Below, piece by piece: positions 16,383-24,803 of a stretch of DNA of 32,265 nt. Position numbers and translations under genes: made by a program. Below the pieces are notes generated by a model, which saw nothing but the letters and a program-made list of their open reading frames with translations, had not been told where the DNA came from and did no database searches. The stretch's first letter is position 1; the number at the start of each line of letters is the position of its first letter. Source of the DNA: a virus (Duplodnaviria; Caudoviricetes); IMG/VR virus record IMGVR_UViG_3300037484_000997, positions 1 through 32,265 of that record. One strand, 5' to 3'.

Positions 16383-17051
16383 TCAATACAAGATGTGGTC
16401 GGCATATCTTCCCTCGATGTACTTGCGCCGGTCGGTGATCTGGTCTGTTTCAACCTCTACCCGGTCGCCGTCTCTCATGCGTCGGATCGCCAGCCCCTTC
16501 GCTTTGTAGCTCGGCAGTCCACGCTTGGCCGTGTCTTTCATGATGGCGTCAATGTACTCCGGCGTCATGTCCGGCAGGTGGGCGAGCTCGTCGGCGGTCT
16601 TGCCCATGATGTTGTGGCGGTGCAGGGCTGCCAGGGCTGATTGTACCTCTGGTTGCTCCAAAGTGAGGGTTTTTCCCTCACTTTGCTCTGCTTCTCCTTC
16701 TATAGGTGTGTCAGTGTTAAGATTAAGAAGAGTAGTAGTAGTAGATGCCAAAGTGAGGGTATTTCCCTCACTTTGTTCTGTCAACTCCATGGGCTGACGG
16801 GGCAACGAGAGGCCCGGTAACGGCAGTTGCCGGCCCTTGTCTGTCAGAAACCAGCGTTGGCCGCTGTGGGCCGCGTACCCGTCGCGCTCCAGGCCGTGAA
16901 GATGCTTGTTGGTCGTCCCCAGGTCCATCGGGATTTCGGCGGCGATGTCGGTGGCCGTGGGCGCGGGCGTGAAGGCGAAGAGGCAAAACAGGACGTGAAG
17001 GCGCTTGTTCGGGCAATCCCTGAGCACGCGCTTGACGGTTTGGTCAATCAT
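16383..17051 (-). CDS. Replication initiator-like protein with N-terminal winged HTH
   Basis: wHTH pattern (TATDIAAEI...TTNKHLHGLERDGY...WFLTDKG); internal palindromic repeats and AT-rich tract as in lambdoid O-type genes. Confidence 0.65.
   Translation of the reverse strand: MIDQTVKRVLRDCPNKRLHVLFCLFAFTPAPTATDIAAEIPMDLGTTNKHLHGLERDGYAAHSGQRWFLTDKGRQLPLPGLSLPRQPMELTEQSEGNTLTLASTTTTLLNLNTDTPIEGEAEQSEGKTLTLEQPEVQSALAALHRHNIMGKTADELAHLPDMTPEYIDAIMKDTAKRGLPSYKAKGLAIRRMRDGDRVEVETDQITDRRKYIEGRYADHILY
16659..16775. repeat. Two 27-bp palindromic iterons flanking an AT-rich spacer; candidate ori
   Basis: CAAAGTGAGGGTWTTTCCCTCACTTTG at 16659-16685 and 16749-16775. Confidence 0.7.
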
Positions 17052-17709
17052 GGCTCAGTCCTTTGATAAGCTGCTCCCCGATCCATTTTGTGAACAGCGG
17101 CGGGATCGCTTCCCTGATCTCGTCCCAGTCCATCCAGTCAATGCCCATGACGATTCTGGCTTCCTCGATCGAGGAGGCGACTCGCCCGGGTCGGTGATGG
17201 CGGTAGCTCACTCGTCGCCCGTCGGGTCTGGCGCCGTACACGCCGATGGTGTAATCCGCTGAGTAGTGACGGCACGGCGGAGCCATGAGAAGGATGCTGC
17301 TCTCAAAGTGCCGGTGGCGCGCCAAGTGGGGCAGGCCGAGAGAGACGCCGCACAGGATGATTTGAGTCAGGAGGGGAGAGTTTTTCACGTTCTCTATGAT
17401 CCACGGCTTGCCGGTCTGCTCGAGCGCTCGCCGAGTTGCGTCGATCAGGTCGGGGTATTCCGTACTGATCGAGCCGAAACGGGCGATGGTGACATTGCGC
17501 ATTCCGGTGTAGTGCTGGCACGGCGGCGATGCGTGCACCACGTCAAACTCTCTCCCGTGCGCCGCGCAGAACTCTAGCGCGTCGGCCAGGTGAAACTCAA
17601 ACGGGTAGTGCGGCTGCGGGCGATTGTCCACGCCCGTCACGTCGAACCCCGCCAGGTGGTAGCCCATGCCTGCGCCGCCTGCCCCACAAAAGAGGTCGAG
17701 GAGTTTCAT
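17044..17709 (-). CDS. DNA cytosine-C5 methyltransferase (short phage type)
   Basis: DLFCGAGG (motif I), HASPPCQ (motif IV), IENV (motif VI). Confidence 0.9.
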   Translation of the reverse strand: MKLLDLFCGAGGAGMGYHLAGFDVTGVDNRPQPHYPFEFHLADALEFCAAHGREFDVVHASPPCQHYTGMRNVTIARFGSISTEYPDLIDATRRALEQTGKPWIIENVKNSPLLTQIILCGVSLGLPHLARHRHFESSILLMAPPCRHYSADYTIGVYGARPDGRRVSYRHHRPGRVASSIEEARIVMGIDWMDWDEIREAIPPLFTKWIGEQLIKGLSHD

Positions 17710-18008
17710 ATCAGCACACCCTCCCCTGCCAGTTCCTTCCCGCTTGTCCGCGTCTTTTTCAGGAACTGAACGGGGATGACGTGGATGCTTCCGCCGGCTG
17801 TCTCTTTGATCTGACCGCTGTTCTTGTAGCGGCGGGCGTCCAGCAGTTGCACGCCGATCAGTACGGCCTCGTGTGTTGGCTCGTTGTGCTCGTACTTGGC
17901 ATGGTAGAGGATGATGCCCCGGCGGTTGATGTAGGGCGTGAGTTCCTTTGGGACGCCTGGCTGCACCCGCACGACGGTTCTGACGTTGAACATGTACGGC
18001 ATGGTCAT
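17706..18008 (-). CDS. Hypothetical protein (100 aa)
   Basis: ATGA coupling. Confidence 0.65.
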   Translation of the reverse strand: MTMPYMFNVRTVVRVQPGVPKELTPYINRRGIILYHAKYEHNEPTHEAVLIGVQLLDARRYKNSGQIKETAGGSIHVIPVQFLKKTRTSGKELAGEGVLI

Positions 18009-18256
18009 CCCTTCCCCGGAAATGCTTTCTTGAACGCTTCGCGCGGCGCGAACGCCTGTGTGCGCGTCACGGTATAGACGCCTACTTCATCGAGCCGCGT
18101 CCGTAACTGTTCAACTTGGCCTGGAAACCAGGCGAATCCCTCCGGGTCGCGCCGGACGTCAAAGCATTTGTCGTGTCCGTAGCCTACCACGCCGTTTGAG
18201 GCGTCGTAGGGGTGTCCGCATCTTTTGCATGTGAATTCGGTTTGCCACGGTGGCAT
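18005..18256 (-). CDS. Hypothetical Zn-binding protein (CKRC...HxxC)
   Basis: Coupled start and stop. Confidence 0.65.
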   Translation of the reverse strand: MPPWQTEFTCKRCGHPYDASNGVVGYGHDKCFDVRRDPEGFAWFPGQVEQLRTRLDEVGVYTVTRTQAFAPREAFKKAFPGKG

Positions 18257-18480
18257 TAGGCTTTCCCCCTGAGTTCTTCAAGCTCCTTCGTGAGCTTTTC
18301 GACCCGGCGTTGGAGCTTTTCGATTTGCAAGATAGCGGCGTCTCTGTCCTCCGCGATCTCGGTACAACTCTGTGTGAGCTCTCTCAGCTCGCGCAGGCAG
18401 CGGCGGTAGCGCAAGGCAAGCTGCGCGCTTGCGGGTAGCGCTTTGTCTTGGGTCTTGTAGACTGGTTTGGGTTCGCTCAT
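18256..18480 (-). CDS. Coiled-coil hypothetical protein (74 aa)
   Basis: GAGGT RBS; ATGA coupling. Confidence 0.6.
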   Translation of the reverse strand: MSEPKPVYKTQDKALPASAQLALRYRRCLRELRELTQSCTEIAEDRDAAILQIEKLQRRVEKLTKELEELRGKA

Positions 18481-18671
18481 GGTCTGGCTACCTCGTCGGC
18501 TTTCTCGTCGTTCGAGATGACAATGCCGGTGGCCTTGCTCAGCCACTTGATGGCCTTGGCCAGGTACTCTTGTACGTCCTGTTCGTCCGTGTGCGTTTCA
18601 ATTGCGAGAAACGCGGCGATTTCTTTGCTGATCGTTCCTAGCTTCTTCGCGCGCGTGCTTACGTTGGTCAT
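18477..18671 (-). CDS. Hypothetical protein (64 aa), first gene of the leftward early operon
   Basis: AGGAGG RBS. Confidence 0.7.
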   Translation of the reverse strand: MTNVSTRAKKLGTISKEIAAFLAIETHTDEQDVQEYLAKAIKWLSKATGIVISNDEKADEVARP

Positions 18672-18672
18672 C

Positions 18673-18702
18673 TTGACTTTACCTCCTGCTTCATGCTACA
18701 CT
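18673..18702 (+). promoter_or_regulatory. Integrase promoter overlapping the RBS of the divergent gene
   Basis: TTGACT-N18-TACACT with extended TG. Confidence 0.6.
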
Positions 18703-18791
18703 AGGGGCGGGTGGGCGCTGGCACGCCAACCCGCCTGGCTTGCGCTTCCTGTCCGCGCAATTTGCCCACACTGTTATTTGGGGGGTGTCGT

Positions 18792-19646
18792 GTGGTTTTG
18801 CGTGCGGCTGTGGAAGCGTTTTTACTTTCCCTCAACGGCGTCACCTCGCCGGCTACTCTCATCTGGTACCGCCGTCGGCTGCTCGACCTGGCCGATTACC
18901 TCGACGGTGCTCCTATCGAGACTGTCACGGTGCATGATCTGCGCCGTTGGCGGGTCATGCTCTGTGAGTCGCGCTCCTACTCCCCCCACACCCTGCACGG
19001 CTACATCCGCGCCGCGCGCCGGCTATTTCACTGGCTGGAAGACGAGGGCGTGCTTTCCGCCAACCCTGCCCGGCGGCTCGAGTTGCCGCGCTTGCCTCGT
19101 GGTCAGGTGAAAGGGATCGAGCATGAGGACTTGAAACGGATGCTGGCGGCGGCGCTGGCGTCATGCCCGCGTGACCTGGCGCTGTGCTGGTTCTTCTATT
19201 CGACCGCGGCGCGGCTCGGCGGCGTCTCGAACCTGAAACTTGGGGATTTGAAACTTGATCGCGGGATGGCCTACGTGACCGAAAAGGGCAACAAGACGAG
19301 GGCGGTCTTTCTCGTGCCCCAGGCGGTCGAGGCGCTGCGGGCGTGGCTCTCAGTTCGGCCCGAATCGCCCGACGATCATGTCTTTCTGGGCCTGCGCGGG
19401 CCGCTCAAGGGTAGCGGCGTGTATCAGGTGCTTGAGAGGTTGGCGAAAGCCGCGGGCGTTGCGTCAGGCTGGAATCCCCACTCGTTTCGTCACCGGAGAT
19501 TGAGAGACTTGCAGGCGGCGGGCGTGTCGCTTGGGGTCGTGTCGCAGATCGCGGGCCATGCGGACGTGTCGGTTACGGCCGACATCTATGGGCGGCTGCC
19601 TGAAAATGAGCTACAGAAGGCGGGGCAAATCCCCCTACCCTTCTGA
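18792..19646 (+). CDS. int: Tyrosine recombinase / phage integrase (XerC/D-like)
   Basis: SAM-like N-domain; catalytic R (TAARLG), K (EKGNK), HSFRH, AGH and Y (DIYG); likely GTG start at 18792. Confidence 0.93.
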   Translation: MVLRAAVEAFLLSLNGVTSPATLIWYRRRLLDLADYLDGAPIETVTVHDLRRWRVMLCESRSYSPHTLHGYIRAARRLFHWLEDEGVLSANPARRLELPRLPRGQVKGIEHEDLKRMLAAALASCPRDLALCWFFYSTAARLGGVSNLKLGDLKLDRGMAYVTEKGNKTRAVFLVPQAVEALRAWLSVRPESPDDHVFLGLRGPLKGSGVYQVLERLAKAAGVASGWNPHSFRHRRLRDLQAAGVSLGVVSQIAGHADVSVTADIYGRLPENELQKAGQIPLPF

Positions 19647-19769
19647 TGGCTGTTCGTAGTCGTCGTGGCCCTGACATGGGGCCTCGCCGCAGCGGAAGCA
19701 GAAATCGCAGAAGTAACAGTCCTCTGCCATTGGGTCAACCCATCCGCCGCATTGTGGACACTGTATCAT
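19635..19769 (-). CDS. Cys-rich microprotein (44 aa)
   Basis: AGGAG RBS; CPQC...CYFC..C..C....C..H. Confidence 0.6.
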   Translation of the reverse strand: MIQCPQCGGWVDPMAEDCYFCDFCFRCGEAPCQGHDDYEQPSEG

Positions 19770-20030
19770 GGTGACTTTCTCCTTTCTCTCACCAGGGGAC
19801 ACCCTGTCACTTGGTGAGGCTGTTGGAAGACCGCGCGGTGTCACCGTGTCTTGATTTACCGGGCTACCGCCTTCATCTGGGCTCCGTGCCTTTTGTTACT
19901 CTCAGGTGTCCTTACTGCGGCCTGTGTCGCAACCGCGCGGTCTTGGGTTCACGCCTCAACACCCCCGTAGCGGGTTGCCGTACAATTGGAATGCCTTACC
20001 GCGTCTGCTTCCTTTCCCAGAAACAGCGGA

Positions 20031-20060
20031 TTGACAGGCAGTGTCGAAGCGTGATAGAAT
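20031..20060 (+). promoter_or_regulatory. Sigma70 promoter pointing into attP
   Basis: TTGACA-N18-TAGAAT with extended TG. Confidence 0.65.
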
Positions 20061-20123
20061 ACTTGTGGGCGGCCTACCGAACGGCGCGTTTGGGCCAGTG
20101 AGCGCGCGGGCCTCTGACTATGT

Positions 20124-20168
20124 GACTCTTAATCCCTTGGTTACAGGTTCGAGTCCTGTGCGGCTCAC
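20124..20168 (+). other. attP core: 3' half of tRNA-Lys(CTT)
   Basis: GACTCTTAATC anticodon loop, ACAGG-TTCGAGT-CCTGT T-arm and 3' acceptor strand; no matching 5' half or D-arm; lies between int and the xis-like gene. Confidence 0.85.
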
Positions 20169-20264
20169 ACCGCACTGTTCGGTTGTAAAAGTGCTGATCA
20201 TCGCTTGCTATCTGCCAGGAGAGAAGCGAGATCGGCCGGTAGGGCCGAATGGTGTGGTATGCCG

Positions 20265-20510
20265 TCAGTCTTCGGACTGGCGGCGTTTTTTGTCTAGCTT
20301 GTGCTGCTGCTTTTGCTGATACGCCCGAAGGTCCACGGCCTTGACGAGGTACGCGCCGGTTCCGCCGGGTAGTTTCTGGGCGGGTAGATGACCGTTCGCA
20401 ATCAACCTTTGCACGCGCTTGATCGGTGTCTTGCCGTCGTCCTGGTATAGGGCCAGGGCGACTTGTCGCACGGTCATGTCGGGGACGGGCTTGGTTTCGT
20501 GCTTGGTCAC
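20265..20510 (-). CDS. Excisionase-like HTH protein
   Basis: MTVRQVA...VQRLIANGHLPAQK...YLVKAVDL pattern of MerR/Xis-type HTH; next to attP. Confidence 0.7.
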   Translation of the reverse strand: MTKHETKPVPDMTVRQVALALYQDDGKTPIKRVQRLIANGHLPAQKLPGGTGAYLVKAVDLRAYQQKQQHKLDKKRRQSED

Positions 20511-20758
20511 TGCTGCGGTGTCATCCACGGGTCTTCTTCCCAATAAAGTAGCCAGTTGTCGGTAGCGAATTCGTGGCGGACTTTGCCGTGCCTGGGTACA
20601 CTGTCGTTGGTGTGGAAAATCCACACCTCATACTGCTCGGCCTTTCTGTGCCGCTCGGTCGTTGCTTCCTTGATGCCTTGTTGGAGTAGGTAGGTTTGGA
20701 AATCCACTGTTGCCGCCAATGTCGTAACTAGGACAAATATACCATGAAACTTTCCCAT
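20507..20758 (-). CDS. Hypothetical protein (83 aa)
   Basis: GTGA overlap with the xis-like gene; lower GC. Confidence 0.5.
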   Translation of the reverse strand: MGKFHGIFVLVTTLAATVDFQTYLLQQGIKEATTERHRKAEQYEVWIFHTNDSVPRHGKVRHEFATDNWLLYWEEDPWMTPQQ

Positions 20759-20857
20759 TTGTCAAGAGGAACATTCGTTCGATTTCTCCGCTGGCTCTGG
20801 TGCGGCTTTCTCGATCTGCTCTTTCCTCCGCGCAAGTTCAAGCGCTGAATTTGGGGC

Positions 20858-20886
20858 TTGACATCCTCGCCGTTTCGTGCGATGAT
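20858..20886 (+). promoter_or_regulatory. Promoter of the adenine MTase
   Basis: TTGACA-N17-GATGAT with extended TG. Confidence 0.5.
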
Positions 20887-20929
20887 TGACGTCGAAGGAT
20901 CTCGAATCGTCACAACTAGCGAGGACACC

Positions 20930-21676
20930 ATGAGCACCTACCCAGGCGGCAAGTCCGGCGCGGGCGTCTATCAAAAGCTGATCTGCCAGATGCCTCCCCA
21001 CTCGACCTACATTGAGCCTTTCTTGGGCGGCGGGGCGGTCATGCGCTTGAAGCGCCCAGCGCGGTCGAGCATCGGCATTGATGCCGATGCCGACGTGCTC
21101 ACCGCCTTCGCGCAGCGTGGCGATGCGGTCCCGAATCTGCAATTGATCCACGGCGACGCCCTGGCCTGGCTGGCGGATGGGGACCTTCCCCGTGATGCCC
21201 TTGTCTACTGTGACCCTCCCTACCTTCTCTCGACTCGCCGTCAGCATCGCGCTATTTACCGATACGAGCTGTGCGACGCGGACCACGTGCGCCTGCTGGA
21301 CATCCTGCGCGGCCTGCACTGCATGGTGATGATCTCGGGCTATTACTCGGACCTGTACGCCTCCGCGCTTTCCGGTTGGCGCTCGATCTCGTTCTCGGCC
21401 CGCACGCGGGGCGGGAGCATGGCGACGGAATTTGTCTGGATGAACTACCCAGAGCCGCTTGAACTCCACGACTACCGTTACCTCGGTTGCGACTTTCGTG
21501 AGCGCGAGCGCATCAAGCGCAAGAAAGCGCGCTGGTCGGCCCGCCTGGCCCGCATGGATGCGTTGGAACGTCACGCGATGATGGCGGCCTTGGCTGAGCT
21601 ACGATCGGGCCTCGCCAGTTCCGATGGTGCTGCAGCCTCGTCGGTTCCGGTGGTGTCGGCTGCCGCTATTGCTTGA
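20930..21676 (+). CDS. Dam-like (D12 class) N6-adenine DNA methyltransferase
   Basis: YPGGKSG, YIEPFLGGGAV and YCDPPY motifs; GAGGA RBS before ATG 20930. Confidence 0.92.
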   Translation: MSTYPGGKSGAGVYQKLICQMPPHSTYIEPFLGGGAVMRLKRPARSSIGIDADADVLTAFAQRGDAVPNLQLIHGDALAWLADGDLPRDALVYCDPPYLLSTRRQHRAIYRYELCDADHVRLLDILRGLHCMVMISGYYSDLYASALSGWRSISFSARTRGGSMATEFVWMNYPEPLELHDYRYLGCDFRERERIKRKKARWSARLARMDALERHAMMAALAELRSGLASSDGAAASSVPVVSAAAIA

Positions 21677-21835
21677 TTTGGCGGTACGATATCGCATCGC
21701 TATTTCTGGCGTGCTTCGATGCTCGTTGCCTCTGACGATGGGCGCCGGCGCCCATCGCTCAATCTGACGATTTGGCCCGAGTCTTGCTCGGGCCAGCACG
21801 TCATATTTGACGATGCTCTCGATCGCTGATGGGCG

Positions 21836-23812
21836 TTATGGATACTCCGCGATCACTCCGTCCGAGTCGTGCCACGAGAACGAGATCAGATGCCCCGTGA
21901 TGTAACTGCCCGCTAGCACGGGCGCGGTCCGCCACACCCGCAGCACAAAGTACATTGTGGCGCTCGGCGCGTAGAACGGCCCGCCGTTCTGGATGGTGCG
22001 GACGCCCAGCGTGTCAACTACCCCCGAAATGTAGTAGGTCCCCATGACGTTCGGGCTTTGTCCGCCTGCTTCGCCTTCTGCCTGGACGCGGAAAGCGCCC
22101 CGGCTCCAGTTCGGGCCGGTCGGGTTGCCGCCGCGCGTGTCAATTGCAAACGTCATGTTCATGTGGGCGTTCCCGGTCAACGGGATGCCCTGCACGGCCC
22201 AAATCCCGATGCCTGCCCCAGAGCCCCACACCCACGACCAATTCAAACCGTTCTGTGTCAATCCGCCTACTCCGCTGACGGGCGAGACGACCAGCTTGGC
22301 CGGCCCCACAACCGGCGTCCCTCCGCCAAAGTCGTCCATTGTCCCGTGACCAGCCTCCGCCAGGTTGGCGGCCAGGTAGCCCGCGCCTGGGACGTTAGCG
22401 TCTGTGGCGATAAAGATGCGCTTGTACGCTCCGCCCGCGGGCTGATGCCAGGCCGTGATTTTGTTGCCTTCGCACTTCATGCCGATGCCGTCGCCGTCGG
22501 CGATGCTGACGGTGCGCCTGCCGATGCGGGCCAGGTCCACGCCGGTCGCCTTGACGTACAGGTCGAGCAAGTGACCGCTGGGGGCCGATTCGAGCAGGTG
22601 TGCGAGCGTGAGTTCGGCGCGATGTCCCAGGTCTTCGAGCATCTCGCCTACGCCCGTTTCGTAAGAAAAGCCCATGATGACAAAGCGCTTGGTGCAGTCG
22701 GCGACTTCTATTGGGGGTCCGTTTATCCAGAAAGCTCCATTGCCCACCATGCACGACTCGTAAAAGCCAGCCCAGCGAAAGCCAAACAGCCAAACTTCGT
22801 CAAACTCGTCTGCCATCACTCGCGCGATTAGGTCTTGGTCGTCCAACAACGGTTGGTAATCCATGTGGTCGGGACTATGCTCTTGCTCCATGCCGCCCAT
22901 GACCTCTAGCCAGGTCGCGGGCGTGTATCTGAATCCATCGGTCTTGATTGGGAACTCGTCCACAGTCACTTGTTCGATGACGCTGTACTGGACTAGCCCG
23001 CCGCTGCACTCGTCAACGTCTGCGATGTAGCCCGCGATGAGGTCATCTGTGTTATCCCAGCCCATGTGTTCAGTCAGCCGCTCGCCGGTCAGAGGGTCCA
23101 TGACCGGATCGTACACGACGACCAAGACACGCGGGGTCATCGCTTGCAGCGGCTCGTCAGGGCTGGCAGGTGGTAGGTCGTTCGCTTGGATGATGTGTTG
23201 CCACCAGTTGTTCCTGATTCGATTTATACTTCCCGCGGCCTTGGGCAAATGCTCGAACCACCACTTGTGATGGGCACGGGCGCTACCGCCGCCCCAGTCC
23301 AGCGTCGTCATTGCGCGATAGTTCGGCGGGTCGGGTAAGTTTGGAAACTGGTACCAATCATCAGCACAGGACTGTACGGGCGTCGCCAGGCCCCATTCGT
23401 AGTCAACCGTGCTGTTTGGTGCGTAGTGCATTGTGCCGACGTTTGACTCGCCCGGTGCAATTTGATCGTAGCTCAAAAAGCGTGCAAGTAGATTCCTGAG
23501 TAGATTCAGCGCGCTGTAGGCGCTGAGGCAATAATAGTTTGACGTGAAATCGCCCAGGGCTTGCAGGCGCGCGTACAGATCCATGAACCATGATTCGTCC
23601 GCCGCGCCTCCGGCGGTGGCGTACACTTCGCAATCCGCGCCGCTGGCGATGGTGTTCCAGGCTCCCCAGCCCGGCCCTCCTGCGTCTGATTCGCACTGGT
23701 TGCCGCTGACCACGAGGCCGGTTTCTCCGGCCGGCGTCGTCCAGCTGGCAGACGGCGGCGGCCCGGCGTCGGCGCGGTTGAAGTCATCCAAGATGCCTGT
23801 CGTCGGGAACAC
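21836..23812 (-). CDS. Mosaic tail / receptor-binding protein with an inserted enzyme-like domain
   Basis: DDFNRAD...DDFGGG beta-sandwich interrupted by a ~300-aa acidic domain (EMLEDLGHRAE, AHHKWW); last gene of the virion operon. Confidence 0.7.
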   Translation of the reverse strand: MFPTTGILDDFNRADAGPPPSASWTTPAGETGLVVSGNQCESDAGGPGWGAWNTIASGADCEVYATAGGAADESWFMDLYARLQALGDFTSNYYCLSAYSALNLLRNLLARFLSYDQIAPGESNVGTMHYAPNSTVDYEWGLATPVQSCADDWYQFPNLPDPPNYRAMTTLDWGGGSARAHHKWWFEHLPKAAGSINRIRNNWWQHIIQANDLPPASPDEPLQAMTPRVLVVVYDPVMDPLTGERLTEHMGWDNTDDLIAGYIADVDECSGGLVQYSVIEQVTVDEFPIKTDGFRYTPATWLEVMGGMEQEHSPDHMDYQPLLDDQDLIARVMADEFDEVWLFGFRWAGFYESCMVGNGAFWINGPPIEVADCTKRFVIMGFSYETGVGEMLEDLGHRAELTLAHLLESAPSGHLLDLYVKATGVDLARIGRRTVSIADGDGIGMKCEGNKITAWHQPAGGAYKRIFIATDANVPGAGYLAANLAEAGHGTMDDFGGGTPVVGPAKLVVSPVSGVGGLTQNGLNWSWVWGSGAGIGIWAVQGIPLTGNAHMNMTFAIDTRGGNPTGPNWSRGAFRVQAEGEAGGQSPNVMGTYYISGVVDTLGVRTIQNGGPFYAPSATMYFVLRVWRTAPVLAGSYITGHLISFSWHDSDGVIAEYP

Positions 23813-23830
23813 GCCCGGCGCTTCGAGGTT

Positions 23831-24121
23831 TCAGGTTCCCTCGATCAGGTCTTGCAACTGGTCGAGTAGGCTTTCGAGCACGTGCAGAATGTTGGCCATC
23901 CGCCCCCTGACCTCGGCGAGCTTGGCCTCGATGTCGCCGTGGCGGTGGGCCAGCGTGATGTTGCCCGCGTCGTCAATGTTCAGGTAGAGGTAGTAGCAGT
24001 GGCAGTGCTCGTGGATGGGTAACGTCGGCTCGGCGCCCGGGTCGTACAGGACGCCGGCCAGGTCTTTGCAGTGGTCACACGCCTTTCGGGTGGCGTTGCA
24101 GTAGAGCAGTTTTTCAGGCAT
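23831..24121 (-). CDS. Small MuF-like Zn-motif protein, paralog 3
   Basis: CDHC..LAG..Y..G.EP.LPIHEHCHC plus coiled coil. Confidence 0.7.
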   Translation of the reverse strand: MPEKLLYCNATRKACDHCKDLAGVLYDPGAEPTLPIHEHCHCYYLYLNIDDAGNITLAHRHGDIEAKLAEVRGRMANILHVLESLLDQLQDLIEGT

Positions 24122-24434
24122 AGGTGTTTACGCACACGCGCTCGGCCAGGTCTTGCAGTCTGGCGGCCAAGTCGAGTAGTTGCTGCTGTAGCTCGGTGAT
24201 ATTCAAGTCGTGAATCTGGTCTATCAGGTCTTGGTGGATGTGGTCTTCTTCGCTGTCCGGGTCGCCCAGGTTGACGGTGGTGTATAGGCACGTGCAGGCC
24301 GGGTGAAGCGGTAGCTCTGGCTCGTGGCCGGGCACGTAGATGCGCCCGGCGAGCGGAAAGCAGAACGAGCAATGGTTGGTGTCGTCCTCGTACTCGTGCT
24401 CTTGGCCGTAGGTCAGGACAAGCAGGTAGGGCAT
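24114..24434 (-). CDS. Small MuF-like Zn-motif protein, paralog 2
   Basis: CSFC..LAG..Y..G.EP.LPLHPACTC plus coiled coil. Confidence 0.7.
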   Translation of the reverse strand: MPYLLVLTYGQEHEYEDDTNHCSFCFPLAGRIYVPGHEPELPLHPACTCLYTTVNLGDPDSEEDHIHQDLIDQIHDLNITELQQQLLDLAARLQDLAERVCVNTYA

Positions 24435-24437
24435 TGC

Positions 24438-24782
24438 TTATGCTCCCTCGTCCACGCACACGCGCGTCGCCAGGTCCAGGATCGTCGCGGCCAGGCGGGA
24501 TAGCTCGTCCTCCATCTCGTCCAGCCACGGGCCAAAGGCATTGAGTTGGTCTAGCAGCTCCTGGTGGGTGTGGATGGGCGCGGCTGGCTCGTCGGGTGTG
24601 TAGATGTCGACATAGTAGCACTCGCAGACCGCGTTTCCGACTGGGCCGTGGATGGGTAGCTGCGGCTCGTCGCCCGCGACGTAGGTGTGCCCGGCCAGTT
24701 TGCGGCAGACTGAGCACTCGTATTGGTATATCTGGCCTGGCCCTAGCACGTCGTTGTAGGTGAAAACGCGTAGATGTGCCAT
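24438..24782 (-). CDS. Small MuF-like Zn-motif protein, paralog 1
   Basis: CSVC..LAG..Y..G.EP.LPIH......CEC plus coiled coil. Confidence 0.7.
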   Translation of the reverse strand: MAHLRVFTYNDVLGPGQIYQYECSVCRKLAGHTYVAGDEPQLPIHGPVGNAVCECYYVDIYTPDEPAAPIHTHQELLDQLNAFGPWLDEMEDELSRLAATILDLATRVCVDEGA

Positions 24783-24803
24783 GGTGCGATTCTCGAATCG
24801 CCC

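Noticed and set aside
20092-20170. Complete tRNA-Lys gene
   Set aside because: No D-arm, and the 5' side does not complete the anticodon or acceptor stems; better explained as the attP core
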